A stretch of DNA of 64,000 nucleotides. It comes from Neocallimastix sp. 'constans'. Taxonomy: Eukaryota. This document shows, in pieces, positions 12,088 to 26,780 of this stretch (within the stretch, counting starts at the first letter, position 1; the number at the start of each line of letters is the position of its first letter). The translations under genes were made by a program, and so were the position numbers. The DNA lies in assembly GCA_050613775.1 (NCBI GenBank), contig JBODTK010000106.1, positions 372,001 through 436,000 of the forward strand, written 5' to 3'. A model generated the notes under the pieces. The model had not been told where the DNA came from. It saw only the letters and a program-made list of their open reading frames with translations, and made no database searches.

Positions 12088-12359
12088 ATTTAAATAATAT
12101 TGAATTATTTATTAAATATATTTATACTAATTAATATATTAATTTATGTATATGTCATTTCTTTATTTTTTTTTTTTAAAAAAAGATTTACTATTATGTT
12201 ACTACAAGTTCATACGTTGAAAAATTAACTGAAAGTGACGAAGAATTTGGACGTAAATTAATTGAAAGAAGTAGTATAAAGTGTGGTGGTAATTACGGTA
12301 ATGATGGAAAAAATAATGGTACCTTTATTAGTTCTTATAAGAATAGTAGTGTGATTTAA
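11373..12359 (+). CDS. Hypothetical four-TM membrane protein, 4 exons (~223 aa)
   Basis: Exons 11373-11474, 11558-11692, 11786-12046, 12186-12359 with GT-AG introns join in frame: MNSENGCIKGNEKCICFFFLPDKYAEVIATLFMI/GICAG...VFFVGLFW/QKSLLLKQV...FSLGFM/IYYYVTTSSY...SSVI*. Confidence 0.8.
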
Positions 12360-12546
12360 TTTATAAAGGATAAAATGACGAATAATTAGATTAATGATAA
12401 GAAAAAAAATTTACAATTATTAATAATAGAAAAAAATTGTATTATTATAATAATACTATATATAAAGAGATAATTTTTTTTTTAAAACGAATAATAGAAT
12501 TTTTTTTAAAAAATTCAAGATATAATCATTTTTAAATAATGGATAA

Positions 12547-12581
<35 letters not shown>

Positions 12582-12845
12582 ATTATATATAAATATTCAT
12601 CTAAATTAGAAATAATATTAGAATTAATAAAATTAGAAGATATTTATAATATTATTTCATGTACTATTTAAGTATTATAGAAATACTTATAAAATATAAT
12701 ATATATGAAATAATTTAATGTAATGATAAAAATAAGCAGTTGAAATTTTAAATAAACAATATTTAAAGAAATAATAAAAGTTATTAATTATTTTATATAT
12801 ATATATTTTTTTTATTTTTTAATTTTTTTCATTTTTATTTTATTT

Positions 12846-12884
<39 letters not shown>

Positions 12885-13285
12885 AAAAAAATAAATTGTA
12901 ATTCAAATTGTTTGTATAAAATACAATTATTAAAGTTAAGTTGAAATAAAAAATCTTCCATTAAATTTAAAAAATATATTATCAAAATAATAAAAATACA
13001 TTATCAAAATACATGCATCTATATATATATACATTCTAGGTTTATTTATTTTAATATTTATCATAAATATTAATTTTATAAATATATAAATCTTCCAAAA
13101 TATAGTTTTTTTAATTATTCATTGTAATTTTTTTTTATTTAAAGTTATAAATATAATTTAATTTAATTTAAATTTTTTAAAGAAAATATCTTTAATATTA
13201 ATAATCTAAATATTTATTTTTAATATGGATAATTTTTATTCATATATTTTTCTTCTTTTTCTTCTTCATAGTACATCATACATTC

Positions 13286-13328
<43 letters not shown>

Positions 13329-13400
13329 GCGTAATAATAGATAAATAGATAAATAAACAGATAGACAGATAGATAGATTATTAAAAAAGTTTATTAAAAA

Positions 13401-14671
13401 ATGTTAATTAAAATTTTATTCAGGTAATCATATATAAATATAATAATGAAAAACTTATATATAATTTGCGATATAATAATATAAGCCATTTTATATATAG
13501 ATACTAATAAAACTAGTGTTTATTAAATAGTTTATTATTTATTATTTTAGTTTGTGCCAAACCTAATCTCCCGAAAAGACAAGATGACGAAGAAAAAAAG
13601 TATATTTATATTATAGGACAAAGAACTTTATCCTACCTTAGTTTATATAATAAAGATGGAAATTTATTAGGAAGAAGAGTATTAACAACTTCATTATATG
13701 AAAGTAAAATCATGGACCAAATAAAGGATTATTTAAATAATAATGAAGAAATAATCAAGAACACAGATATTGTTGAATTGATTGGAGCTAATCATGCAGG
13801 ATTTTTAATCAATGATGATTTATTTGAATATGGTACCTATCCAATGGAATCATTAAAAAATGAAAATAGTTATAACTATGAATCAGGTCCATTCCATTGG
13901 AGACAAAATCAATCAACAAGTAGTACCACTGAATGGAGTAAACAGTCCTATCTTTGGGGACAGAAAAATTATCAAAAAAATGTTACCTACTCTGAAAGTG
14001 ACTTTCAAAAAGAAATAAATAATAACAGTTCAGCATTTCAACAAGTCAAAAAATTTAGTTGGAAATGTATTTATGATGAAGAAAAAAAAAGATGCACAAA
14101 TTTCGATAATATTATAGATAAATCTTACGATCTTCTTATCATGGGTTTAACAAAAATCACTATGCCTGAATATTTAGTTAATGAATATAGAAAATTTAAA
14201 GAGGAAGCTAAGCTTTTTGATCCACAAATCTTAAGAAAATTTGAGGTACAAAATAAGAACTTTGAAGATGCTATAAATTGGTTTAATTCAACCATATCTG
14301 AATTACGTCAACAAAATGTATCATGTGAAAATACAGAAAATGTAAGCTCTATTCACTATGTTTTAAAATATAAGTGTGATCATTTAATTGATCAAGATAT
14401 AATAAATTCATCATTTTTAACATCCAACTGTTTTAGAAATATTTCATACAAAGGTAGTTATAAAAATGAAATAAATAAAAAAAAATAAAAATAAATTATA
14501 GTAAAATAATAATTTATAATTTTATTTATTTATAATTATTTAATATTATAAAATATAAATATAAATATATATATATAACTAAAATATCGTATTTATTAAT
14601 TATTAATAATTAAAATAGGTTTAATGATCTTTTTAGTAACTATTGCCACTGTATTACTTCAAATCATTTAA
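13401..14671 (+). CDS. Secreted, C-terminally anchored hypothetical protein (~332 aa); possible permuted papain-like peptidase
   Basis: Exons 13401-13423, 13531-14453, 14619-14671: signal peptide MLIKILFSLLFIILVCA, KR site, GANHAGFLINDDLFEYG, HYVLKYKCDHL, hydrophobic tail GLMIFLVTIATVLLQII*. Confidence 0.75.
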
Positions 14672-15459
14672 TTGTAAAATAAATGATACATACAATCTTT
14701 TTATATTTTCATATTTTTTCATTATTAAAACTAAATATTGCATTATATATATTGTGGTATAATTTTTTAAAAACATTTAAAAAAAATATTTTATTTATCA
14801 TTTTTTTTAATTATTTAAAATTATTAATTGCTGTAATTAATTAAAATGTAAAAAATAATATTTATAAATTATAAATAAGTATGTATATTACATATATATA
14901 AGTAATTACAATATTTATATTTAATATTATCATTAATTGCAATGATTAAAAAAAATAAATATTGTAAAAGGTAAATATATTTCATGTAAATAAAAATAAT
15001 AATAAATAATAAAATTTTATATTTTATTTTATTTTATTTTTATTTTTAATTTTTTTTTTTTTTTTTTTTTTTGTTTTTTTTCACAATAAATATTCATTTT
15101 CTATATATATATATATATATATGAAAGATTAAAGTTTATATTATTAAATATATATATATATAGAGAGAGAGATTTTTTTTTTTTTTTTTTTTTTTTATTT
15201 TATTTTCTTTTTACTTTTCATATTTTTTTTTTAAATATTTTAAATATATTTTATTATATAAATTTTAAAATTTTAAAAATAAAATTCAATGATATTATCA
15301 AATATATATTTATTATATTTTAAATATATTATATTATTTATATAATTTTTAGGGAATGGAAATTAATGAGGATAAGGGTAAAAAGAATACCAAAATAATT
15401 ATTTACTTAAAAATTATAAGTGATTAAAATAAATAATTATAATATATTAAACACATTTA

Positions 15460-16150
15460 ATTACGTCTCCTCTTCAGTATCCATTTTTTGGGGGGTTTTC
15501 GGAATTCCTTACTAATATAATTCCGATAGTGACTGGTGATTTTTATAGATTAATCAGTTAGTGTTCTATTAGAGTTCTCATTACCAAGAGCATCTACATC
15601 GTACCAATAAGACAAAGAAGAAATTCTGATATAGATTTTAATGTTAATTCTAATTTAAATGGAATTATCATTGATTAATTGATGAATGGGAAGAGTTGGA
15701 TATTGAGGCCATTCCATCCTCACTGCTCATTATAAAGTAGATTTACTATATTAATATAGTTTCAGGTATTTTATTTATAATTTATTTTATATTATTATAT
15801 TCATATTAAATATTATAAAATAACCTTGTCCAAAAAAAAAGTAAATAATTATTGTAAAATTTTATACATAGTAATTTTTTTATATAAATAAATTAGTCTT
15901 AGGCAATAAAATTAAAAAAGATTTTTTTTAATAATAATATCAATAAAACAGTTTATTTTATTTATTTTTGAACCAAGGAAGGATTTGATTTTTTATCTCA
16001 AAATGAACAACTAATCAGATGGAGTGAATATTACAAATATTTAGCCTCTAATATCACTGGTCATAGTCTCATAAAGACTTACTGGATTTCTGGAACGAGT
16101 AATTCTCCATCATCTCTGATAACTCAACTACATGGGATATTAATGAACCT
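15460..16150 (+). other. Degenerate coding-like relic, possibly tyrosine-recombinase derived
   Basis: Locally higher GC, many stops; one frame reads KYLASNITGHSLIKT (~16036-16080), reminiscent of the YR HxxR box. Confidence 0.25.
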
Positions 16151-16154
16151 AACT

Positions 16155-16476
16155 GAAATATAATTATTTTAATAAATCATTGCTGTATATTTAATTGATA
16201 CAAATCCATTATAATGTATTAAAATTAAATATTTATAATCAAAATTTTATTTTAAATAAATTAAATAAAGCATTGAATTCTAATTTAATATTTAATATTA
16301 ATAATATTGTATTATGAAATATAATTATTTAAATAAATCATTGCTGTATATTTAATTGATACAAATCCATTATAATGTATTAAAATTAAATATTTATAAT
16401 CAAAATTTTATTTTAAATAAATTAAATAAAGCATTGAATTCTAATTTAATATTTAATATTAATAATATTGTATTAT
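16155..16476. repeat. ~161-bp tandem duplication
   Basis: gaaatataattatt...ttgctgtatatttaattgatacaaatccatt...gcattgaattc...tattgtattat twice. Confidence 0.9.
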
Positions 16477-16795
16477 AAGTTATTGACAATATATATTTAA
16501 TATCTAGGATTTGTTTGTTAGAAGTAGAAATTTATGATATAAAAATAAATGTAAAATTAGATTAAATTAAAATGAATATACGAATCATATCATGTAATAC
16601 ATTAATTAAATAAATTAGTATGTATCAAAATTTAGCCACAGTTCTTGTACAAATAGAACTGATTTTACTTTAATTGTAAATCTGAGGTTAGTTATTAATA
16701 AATAATAATAAACATTTATTATAAAACCCATTTTTACCATTTAAAATTGTTAACTATACAATAATTTTATAATTAATTTAAATAAAATTGTTACA

Positions 16796-17017
<222 letters not shown>

Positions 17018-17094
17018 AGAGAATGATGCATTTCGCCAATTTTTATAACACAAATTTTCAATACGCCATTTATTTTTAATGGTTTGTAAAATTT

Positions 17095-20000
17095 GGGGGT
17101 GTGTCATTTCGAAAATTTTTATTACATAAATTTGTATTTTGTTGTAGTGTATTTCGGAAAACATGGCGTATTATAATGTGATAAATAAATAAATGAATAA
17201 ATAAATTATAAATGAATAAATAAAATTTTAAATAATAATAAAAATAATTAAGACAAACGTTTATTATGACTAAAAAAACTTTTTTTAGAAAATTAAATAA
17301 ATATATATATATATATATAATTACTACATTAATACCTTGTTTATATTATCAACAGAAAATACAGATTGAATAAAATAAAATAAAATAAAATAAAAAGTAG
17401 AATATTAAATAAGAAAGTACAGATTGAATAAATAAAATAAAATAAAATAAAATAAAATAAAATAAAATAAAATAAAATAAAAAGTAGAATATTAAATAAG
17501 AAAGTACAGATTGAATAAAATAAAATAAAAAGTAGAATATTAAATAAGAAAGTACAGATTGAATAAAATAAAATAAAATAAAATAAAATAAAATAAAATA
17601 AAATAAAATAAAATAAAATAAAATAAAATAAAATAAAATAAAATAAAATAAAATAAAATAAAATAAAATAAAATAAAATAAAATAAAATAAAATAAAATA
17701 AAATAAAATAAAATAAAATAAAATAAAATAAAATAAAATAAAATAAAAAAAATATAATAAAAAAAATATAATAAAAAAAAATATAATTATTTTATATATA
17801 TAGGAATCTTATATATTTTAATTTTTTTCATTTATTTTTCTAAAAAAAAAAAATTTAGTTATAATAACGTTTGTCTTTTAATTATTATATTTTATTATAG
17901 TAAATAAAAAAATTTAAATGAAAAGTAAATAATTTTCATTATTTATAATTCATATTTTCATAAACGATATATATATATATATATGTATATTAATTTAAAT
18001 GATATAAGAATTAAAAATTAAAACAATAAGAGTTGAATAATTGATCCTATTAAAATAATTAATTATTTGCATAGTAATATTTATAATGTTTGATCAATAT
18101 GAATCAATTATTATTAAAATATAATAATAACAATTATAATTTTAATAAAATAATAAAAATCTTTTATTGAATTTAATATTTTTAATAACATAATTAATTT
18201 TGAAAAGTATATTGATATTAATAAAATTTATAATAATATAATATTGATATTGATATTAATAAAATTTATAATTATATAATATTGATATTGATATTAATAA
18301 AATTTATAATTATATAATATTGATATTGATATTAATAAAATTTTAACAAGTATCAAATAAATCGGTTTTAGTTATAAATTACTTAATAAAAATAACTAAA
18401 AGATAATTTCTATTAAGATTATTAAATAAATACAATAGGTAAATAAATTTGTATTTTTCTAGCATTTTTTTAAATTAAGATTATTTATTTTAAATTAATA
18501 TTTATATCGTTTAAATCAATTAAACATTCTTTCCATAATTTAATTAATTCATTTCAGTTGCATCCATTATAAAATAAATTTATTTCCTTACTTTTGTAAT
18601 TTTCAATTAAAATTTTAATTTCATCAGTTGCACTAAATATTTTTTGCTTTTTTTTTCAATTTCCTTTAGTTCTCCTTTGATAATCATTATAAGATATGTT
18701 TTCTTCTTCTTTTAATATATATATATTAATTTATAAAATAAAGGTTTATTTGGAAATATATTATTTAAGTAGCTATTATAAGATTCTGATGCATTGTTTG
18801 TTAAATGCTTTATATTTTCATAATAATTTCAATTATTAACATTATACTTAAGTAAATAATTTTTATTAAAATATTCTAAAAATTGCAGAAAATTATTATA
18901 CTTTTTTTTTTTGACAAATTCTTTTTATTATAATATAAATATCAAATATATAGTTAGGGTTTATAAACCGTAAGTTCAAAATAGCTTTATAATAAATATA
19001 TACATCATTATTATTCTTCACTTCATGATAACATAATATATTTTTTTGTTTTTCTAATGATCTTTTGTAATGCCAAACACAATATTTAATATTTATATTG
19101 GGAAAAACTTTTTTTGCGGCATTAGACATACCTTGTTCAAAATCACAATGAAAATTAATTGTAGTAATTAATGTATTACTCCTAAATTTATTTGCATTTT
19201 TTTTTATTTCTTTATATAATGTTTCATATGTAGATTGTTTTTTATTTTTTAATATAGAAATGGAAGTAGTGTAAAACATATTAAATTCCCCGACATAAGT
19301 TCTTGTTATAAATAACTGATAACTAAATTTCGGTGCTGCATAAAATGTACCGTCCGCAAATATATTTTTATGATAATTCGAAAATAAATATGCTTGGAAT
19401 GGTGATTGAAAGATTATTAGATCTGTATTTTTAAATATCATAAAATTTTCATTTCTTTTAGTTTTATGATATTCTGATTCAATGGGAATATCATCAAAAC
19501 TTTTTATGTTTGGAGGAAATTGTTTATTTATATTTCTTATTATTTGGGATCTAATTGTACTATATTCGGGACATATAAGTCCCATTTCATGAGAAACGGC
19601 ATTAAATATATGTTTAGGTTTTATATCCATAGGAATTGAATTTTTCTTAATTTCTTCCTTAATTTTATGCTTTGCTAATGATATAGACACATCAATTTCT
19701 TTTTCGAGATGGTTATGTAAACTTTCATATTTTAAAACCTCCTTTTTATCATTTAAAATAATTAAAGATTTACATTTATTTAAAGTCTTATATTCAGTGC
19801 ATCTATAAATTTTTGATTTATCTTTCCTTTGAAATGAAAAATTAAATTTGTGTTTTTTATTAATAATAATTTGTTCATTTCCTCGATTTGTTTCACTTAT
19901 TTCAATTTCTATATTGTCTTCCATTAATAATTAAAATTTTTCAATAAAATATTTTAATAAATATACTTTTAAATGCTTTGAAACTTTTTTTTTTTTTAAT

Positions 20001-20639
20001 ATTTAAAATAATAAACCTTTTTTTAATTAATTATATAATTATTTAAATAATTATTTAATTATTAATTATTTATTATTTCTTTATTTACTATTTTATTTAT
20101 TTATTTTTATTTTTATTTTTTATTTTTTATTTTATTTTATTTTTTTTATTTTTTAATGTTTAAAAAACAAATTTTTATTTATTTTTATTTTATTTTTTAA
20201 GCATTAAAAAATAAAATGTTTATTTATTTTTTATTTTATTTTTCAATGTTAAATAGAAATACCTAACCTAATTATTATTTATTGATGTGTTGTATTTCGC
20301 CAAAAGTTGAATTTCGTCCAGTTGAATTTCGCCAAATTATTGGTGGCTTATAAATTTTCGTCATAAAATATCACCACTTTATTATCCACGCCATATTGTA
20401 AATATATGGCTTTTTAAAAATTGTAGAAAAAGCCACAAAATTATGATACAATTAGATATACGCCCCACGTAAGATTACGTGTTTGAAAATTTTTGAGAAT
20501 TGTAATTTTATTTATTTATTTAATTAATTATTATTCATTAAATTTTTAATAAAATTAAGTGGCTTAAAATTAAAAATATTTAAGCCATACAAGAAAATAC
20601 AAATTTTTGTAATAAAAATTTTCGAAATGCACACTCCCC
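17095..20639 (-). mobile_element. Mutator-like DNA transposon (MULE) with ~46-bp TIRs and 9-bp TSD
   Basis: Left GGGGGTGTGTCATTTCGAAAATTTTTATTACATAAATTTGTATTTT; reverse complement of right end GGGGAGTGTGCATTTCGAAAATTTTTATTACAAAAATTTGTATTTT; TSD GTAAAATTT at 17086-17094 and 20640-20648. Confidence 0.9.
18460..19924 (-). pseudogene. MULE transposase, frameshifted in an A run and carrying stops
   Basis: FLYWCH-like YRC...C...HNH, IFADGTFYAAP, HCDFEQG, CVWHYKRS; after the frameshift near 18900 continues NN*NYYE...TNNASESYNSYL. Confidence 0.9.
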
Positions 20640-22054
20640 GTAAAATTTTTTTTAACGCCATAAAAAATTTTAATACAATTATATTTAAAAAAATAAATGT
20701 ATAAATAAATAAATAAATAAATAAATAGTAGAATATTAAATATAAAGTACAGATCGAATAAAATAAAATAAAATAAAATAAAATAAAATAAAATAAAATA
20801 AAATAAAATAAAATAAAATAAAATAAAATAAAATAAAATAAAATAAAATAAAATAAAATAAAATAAAATAAAATAAAATAAAATAAAATAAAATAAAATA
20901 AAATAAAATAAAATAAAATAACATAAAATAAAATAATAATAGAAGTTATTTAAAATTATTATGTATAAAATTTACAAAAGACAAACCAATAAACCAAATA
21001 GAAAAAAAAAAAAGATATAAAAAAATAAACTGATGAATGCTTTATTTAGAATTATACTTTAGATTATATTTAATTCTATTTAATGTAGTAAAAGAAACAA
21101 CAAAAAAAAATTTTTTTTTTAATATATAATAAATCAATAAAATGCATAAATCCTTTATTTGATATTTGAATTGTATTCATTTATAACTTTTTAGTTTAAA
21201 CTATTTTGAAAATTTGAACTCTAAATATATATTTCAATTTTATTTTACATTTTTAAAAAAAAATTTATATTATTATTATATTTGTAATATCAAATTATTG
21301 ATATTAATATATATTATTTTTATTAATTATAATATCCTTTTATATATATATATATATTTATTATAATTTCCATATATATATATATATATATATAAAAAAA
21401 AAAACTATATATAACTTGTTAGTAATAAAGTTTATATGAATATAATTCTTTTTATGAAATAATGATTTAATTACATAAACAACGATAGGACACATAAATG
21501 ACCAACATTGAACATTTATGTAATGATACTTTAAAAAAAAAAAAAAAGCGTGATAAAATTAAGGTTATTTAATTAGAATTAAAATAAAATAAAAAATATT
21601 AATAATGAAATATTAATATAATATTAAAAAATAATAATAATATATAATATAAAATTATAAAATTTAAATTAAAATAATAATAAAAATAATTAATAAAGTA
21701 TCTTTTAGATCATTGTTTAGGGTTAATTAACATAACCGAATATTATTAAAAAAAAAAAAAGAAAATAGAGTTAATGGTTATATGAAACATTTTGTTAGTA
21801 TAAGAGTTAATTATATACTATTAAAAAAAAATCTTTTATTATTAATATTTTTTTATATAGTTAAGGTTGTATGCTTATTAAAACTGTAATTATAGATAAT
21901 TTTAAATATTAGATTTTCAATATCATATTCGTAATTATTGATACATTATTATTTATAGAATGAAAATTTAAGTATTGTTAAATATAGAAAGAATTAATAA
22001 GATTAGAGAAACTCAACCATATAGGATTGACCTATCTATTTTCAATCCAATAGC

Positions 22055-22140
22055 AAAATTGAATATATAATTAAATATATAAATTCTCAAATAGAATTTA
22101 TATATTTAATTATATATTCAATTTTAAATTCTATTTGAGA
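22055..22140. repeat. Perfect 33-bp inverted repeat with 5-nt loop plus re-entry segment
   Basis: 22055-22087 is the exact reverse complement of 22093-22125. Confidence 0.9.
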
Positions 22141-22145
22141 GTGTA

Positions 22146-22187
<42 letters not shown>

Positions 22188-22820
22188 ATTAATATATATG
22201 ATACTTTTAGAAAAAATAAATAAATAAAAATATTATAAATATTTTTAAAAATTAAATAATTCTTTTTATAAGGAAATATTTTTTTTTTCTTAATTATTTT
22301 AATTATTATTATTTTTTTTTTTTAAAAAAAAAAAAAAAAACTAATTATAATATTGTAAATAAATATATATATTCTATTAAAATTACAATGTAATATAATT
22401 TTTATATTTTTAATTTTATTATTATTATTATATTTTAATAAAAAGTATTTTAAATAACGAAATAATAATTTTTAATAATTACTGAATCCCTGAATCCAAG
22501 AAAAACTATAAAAATTTAATTATTATTTAATTATATATATAATTTGTACTTTTTTAAATTATTTAATTATTTCGTCGCTTTATTAAAAATTAAAGTTTTA
22601 AAACTGTCAATAGATTAAAAATTTATATATATATATTATTATTATTTAAAAAAAAAAAGGATATACATTTAAATCATATAATATACAACATGAAAAACTA
22701 TTCCACATAAATAAACATTGTATAGTAATTACTAATTATACATATAAATGGGAAGGGTATAGAAATATAGATACCTTTTTACACTTTTCTCTTATTATTT
22801 TATTATTTCCCAGTTTAAAG

Positions 22821-22866
<46 letters not shown>

Positions 22867-23862
22867 TTTTTTATTTTTTAGTATTGATAAATAAAAATAA
22901 TCCGTATATAAAAAAATAAAAGTATTATGTTTTAAAGTTGAATTATTTTTATTAAAAACAGTTTTAATATTAATTTTATTTATTATTAAATTAAATATAT
23001 AAGAAAGATTTATAAGAGATATATAGGGAAGTTTAAAACTTTAATAGTCTTTTTAAATTTTGTTTTTCGTAATTTTATTTTTAATTTTAATTTTTATTTA
23101 ATTTTTTTTTTATCAAATGTCGAATACGTATTAAAAATTGAAATATATATTAATGGTATTTTTAAAATAATTATTTTTATTTTTACTTTTTTTTTTTGTC
23201 AATTTAAAAAAAATATAAAATTAATATATATATATTATACAAAAAAAAAAAATACAATTTGAAGTTTTAAAAATAAATATATTAATATATATTAATAAGA
23301 TTGGGATTCATTGAAATAACAATAATAATAGTTATTATAATAAATAAAGGAGAAAAGAATAGGGATTTTTTTTTTTTAAACATTATATTCTTTTATATTC
23401 TTTTATAATTAGATAAGGTAACTAAACTAATAAATTCATTTTTCTGAAAGTCGCTGAATTATTTTTATTATCACTTTAATAATTTTAGATATTATAGATA
23501 TTAATATTTTTAAAAGTGAAAAAAGACATAATATAAAATTCACGATAATGGAATAAATAAAGAGAAGAAATAGGAAATAAAAAAACTTTTTTTTTTTGGA
23601 TAAATAATATTAATAAACAATATAATAATAATAGTAATAATAATAATAAAAATAATAATAATAAAAAAAAAAAATTTATTGGAAAATATATTGTATTTTT
23701 CGATTTTTATTTTTTATTTTATATTATTCTATTTTATATCAGAAATTAAATCTGACAAATTAATATAATTAATATAAATAATTGGAAAATATAATCATAT
23801 ATATAAAAATAAATAATAAAATACAGATAATAAATAATAAAATTTTCAATATATTAATAAAA

Positions 23863-23904
<42 letters not shown>

Positions 23905-24344
23905 GATTTTTTTATGATAATTAGTATAAATAAACATAATAAAAAATCTTTATTAATATTAATACTCTAATAATCTATAATAATTCACGAATTAAAAAAT
24001 GACCCTATAGATGATTTATTTTTAATCAGCATAATCAATGTATATATATGTATGTTTTTTTTTTTTTTTTTTATTAATAAAAATTTATACCTTCAAATTT
24101 TAATTTAAATTTTATTTAAAAATGTATATATAAAATATTATTACCTCAAAATTAATGAATATTAAAGAAAAACAAAAACAAATAAACCAAAACCAAAGCC
24201 AAAAACAATATAAACCAAAAGAAAAGAAAAAAAAAAAGAAAGAAAGAAAGGGGTAAAATTAAAATTAAAATAAATTAATATATTAATATATAAGAGGAGA
24301 CATTATCAATATATATAGAGAGAAAAATAGAATAAAGAAATAAA

Positions 24345-24840
24345 ATGGCTGATGATAGTTCATCATTAGGTGGTACAGGTGGACCACCAAGTGGTATTGA
24401 TACTTCGGGAGGCTCATCAGGTGGTGCTGGTACTATGGGTGGTCCACCAACTGCACCAGAAGGATTTGTAATACCTCCAAAATGTCCTCAATATTATCCA
24501 GCATATATTAGTTTGGATAGAGTAGCAAAAGCAGATTGTGGTTTTGATCCAGATATACTAATAGAATGTATAATTTTGGTATTTATGATTCTATTATTTG
24601 TTCCACCATTAATCCTATATTTAATGAATAGACAAAATGCATTAATTAAATATCGACGACCACGAGATGTTTTTATTGGGGGTATAATAAGTGGTTTAAA
24701 TGCTATATTATCACCGGTTCGTTAATAATTATATACATATATATCTTTAAAAAAAAAAAAAAATAAAAAATAAAAAATAATTGAATAAATAGTTATTATT
24801 ATAATATATATTAACTATATATAAAACTAAATATATATAT

Positions 24841-24873
<33 letters not shown>

Positions 24874-25219
24874 GTTAATATAGATTATCCGAATGACAGG
24901 AATAAAATGCATATGTAATTATTATACCAACATACATATATTTTATTCTATTTTATATTTTTGTATTTTAGTTTTTGAAAATTTTATACCAATAATGTAA
25001 TAATAAAAATATTTATATTATTTTAATATATTTTAATATATTATAGTTAATACATGGTTTGTAAGTTCTTTAATTTTTAGTTTTATGTTTCTGTAAGTTA
25101 ATATATATTTTAAATATAAAAATATTAATATATAAAATATTAGTAATTAAATATTTATAACAATTTTTATATTTTGTAAAGAGTTAAATTATTAAATATT
25201 ATTTTTAACAATATTTAAT

Positions 25220-25255
<36 letters not shown>

Positions 25256-26475
25256 GATAAATAATAGTACTTTCTCAAGATATGTTAAAACCTATTATAT
25301 GCAACGATTAAGTATATTTAAGTTAAAATTTAGTAGTAGAAAAGCTAAAAAAGAATTGTATAAAAAAGAAACCTCTAATAAGAACAATCAGGGATCAGAT
25401 ACTGTTAAATCAAAAGAAAGTGAAACTCTATCTACAATAAAAACTAGCTCAATAGCAATAGATAGTAATAATATACCTAGTACTTTTTCAAATGAATATT
25501 CAATTGATAATAGTTTCGATATTCAAGATCCAATCCTTTACTTTAAAAAATTAAATAATATTATTAATAAAGTAATTTTAAATAATATTTTTTTTTTTAT
25601 TTTTTTTAGATAATAAATATTTCAAAATTTTATTATATATATATATTATTATATATATATATTTATAGAATAATTAAATTCATTCAATTAACAATTAAAT
25701 TCTTAATATAAATCACTTTTTAATTAATTATAAATTAAAAAAAAAAAAAAAATTAAATCAATAATAATTCGACAAAAATTTAGAAAATCACAATTTATTT
25801 TGTTATCATTCCAATTATTATCTTAACTTGTTATTATACCTATATTACTGTCATCTCTTGGAATCCTGATAATGGTCCAGGAATGTTAGATCCATGTCCT
25901 AATGAAATTAAAAATTTAAGTTACCCAAAAAGAATATTTAATGCTATAATTATGATTTGCTCTGTATATATGCTTTATCAAATATATTACGTACAAAAAT
26001 GGGATAAAGAACTTAAAATTGAATATACATCATTTATTATTGTACTTTTTATATGTATATATTTGAATTTATTTTATTAATTCATTATTTTATCTATATT
26101 TTATATTAAATTTATTTATATATTAATAATATATTATAATTTTTATTTTTAATTTTTATTTTTTATTTTTTTTTTTTTTTTTTGTAAATATTATTATTAA
26201 ATTCCAATTAAATTATATTATAATATTAAAAAATTAATGAAATATAAAGGTATGATAACAATGGAATGTACTACCAAGGGGGTTTTTGGTCCTGGTTTAA
26301 TAACATATAGAGTATATATTTTTCAATCATTTAGTATAGTTATACAAGTAATGTGTGTTATTGTACCTCTGATAAAAATATTTTTAAATAGATTTAAAGA
26401 TCAAGAAGGAAAGGTAAGTTAAAAATAATGTAAATATGATTATGATAGAAGAAAAATATAAATTAATAATACTAA

Positions 26476-26515
<40 letters not shown>

Positions 26516-26707
26516 TTTGGAAAGTTAACTGAAGAAGAGTTTTTGGCAAAATTAGCTGTTCCTACATTTAGAGAACAAGTTAGAGTATGTATTTTATATA
26601 ATAATATATAATCAAAAACTTATAATAATAAAAATTGAATAATAATAAATAATTCACAATAATATATAATTAATGATAATGAATAATGAATAATGAATAA
26701 TAATAAT

Positions 26708-26780
<73 letters not shown>

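Noticed and set aside
18829..18831. TGA=Trp alternative genetic code
   Set aside because: Intact genes use TGG for Trp and TGA as stop (PLP enzyme); TGA at Trp sites occurs only in decayed elements.
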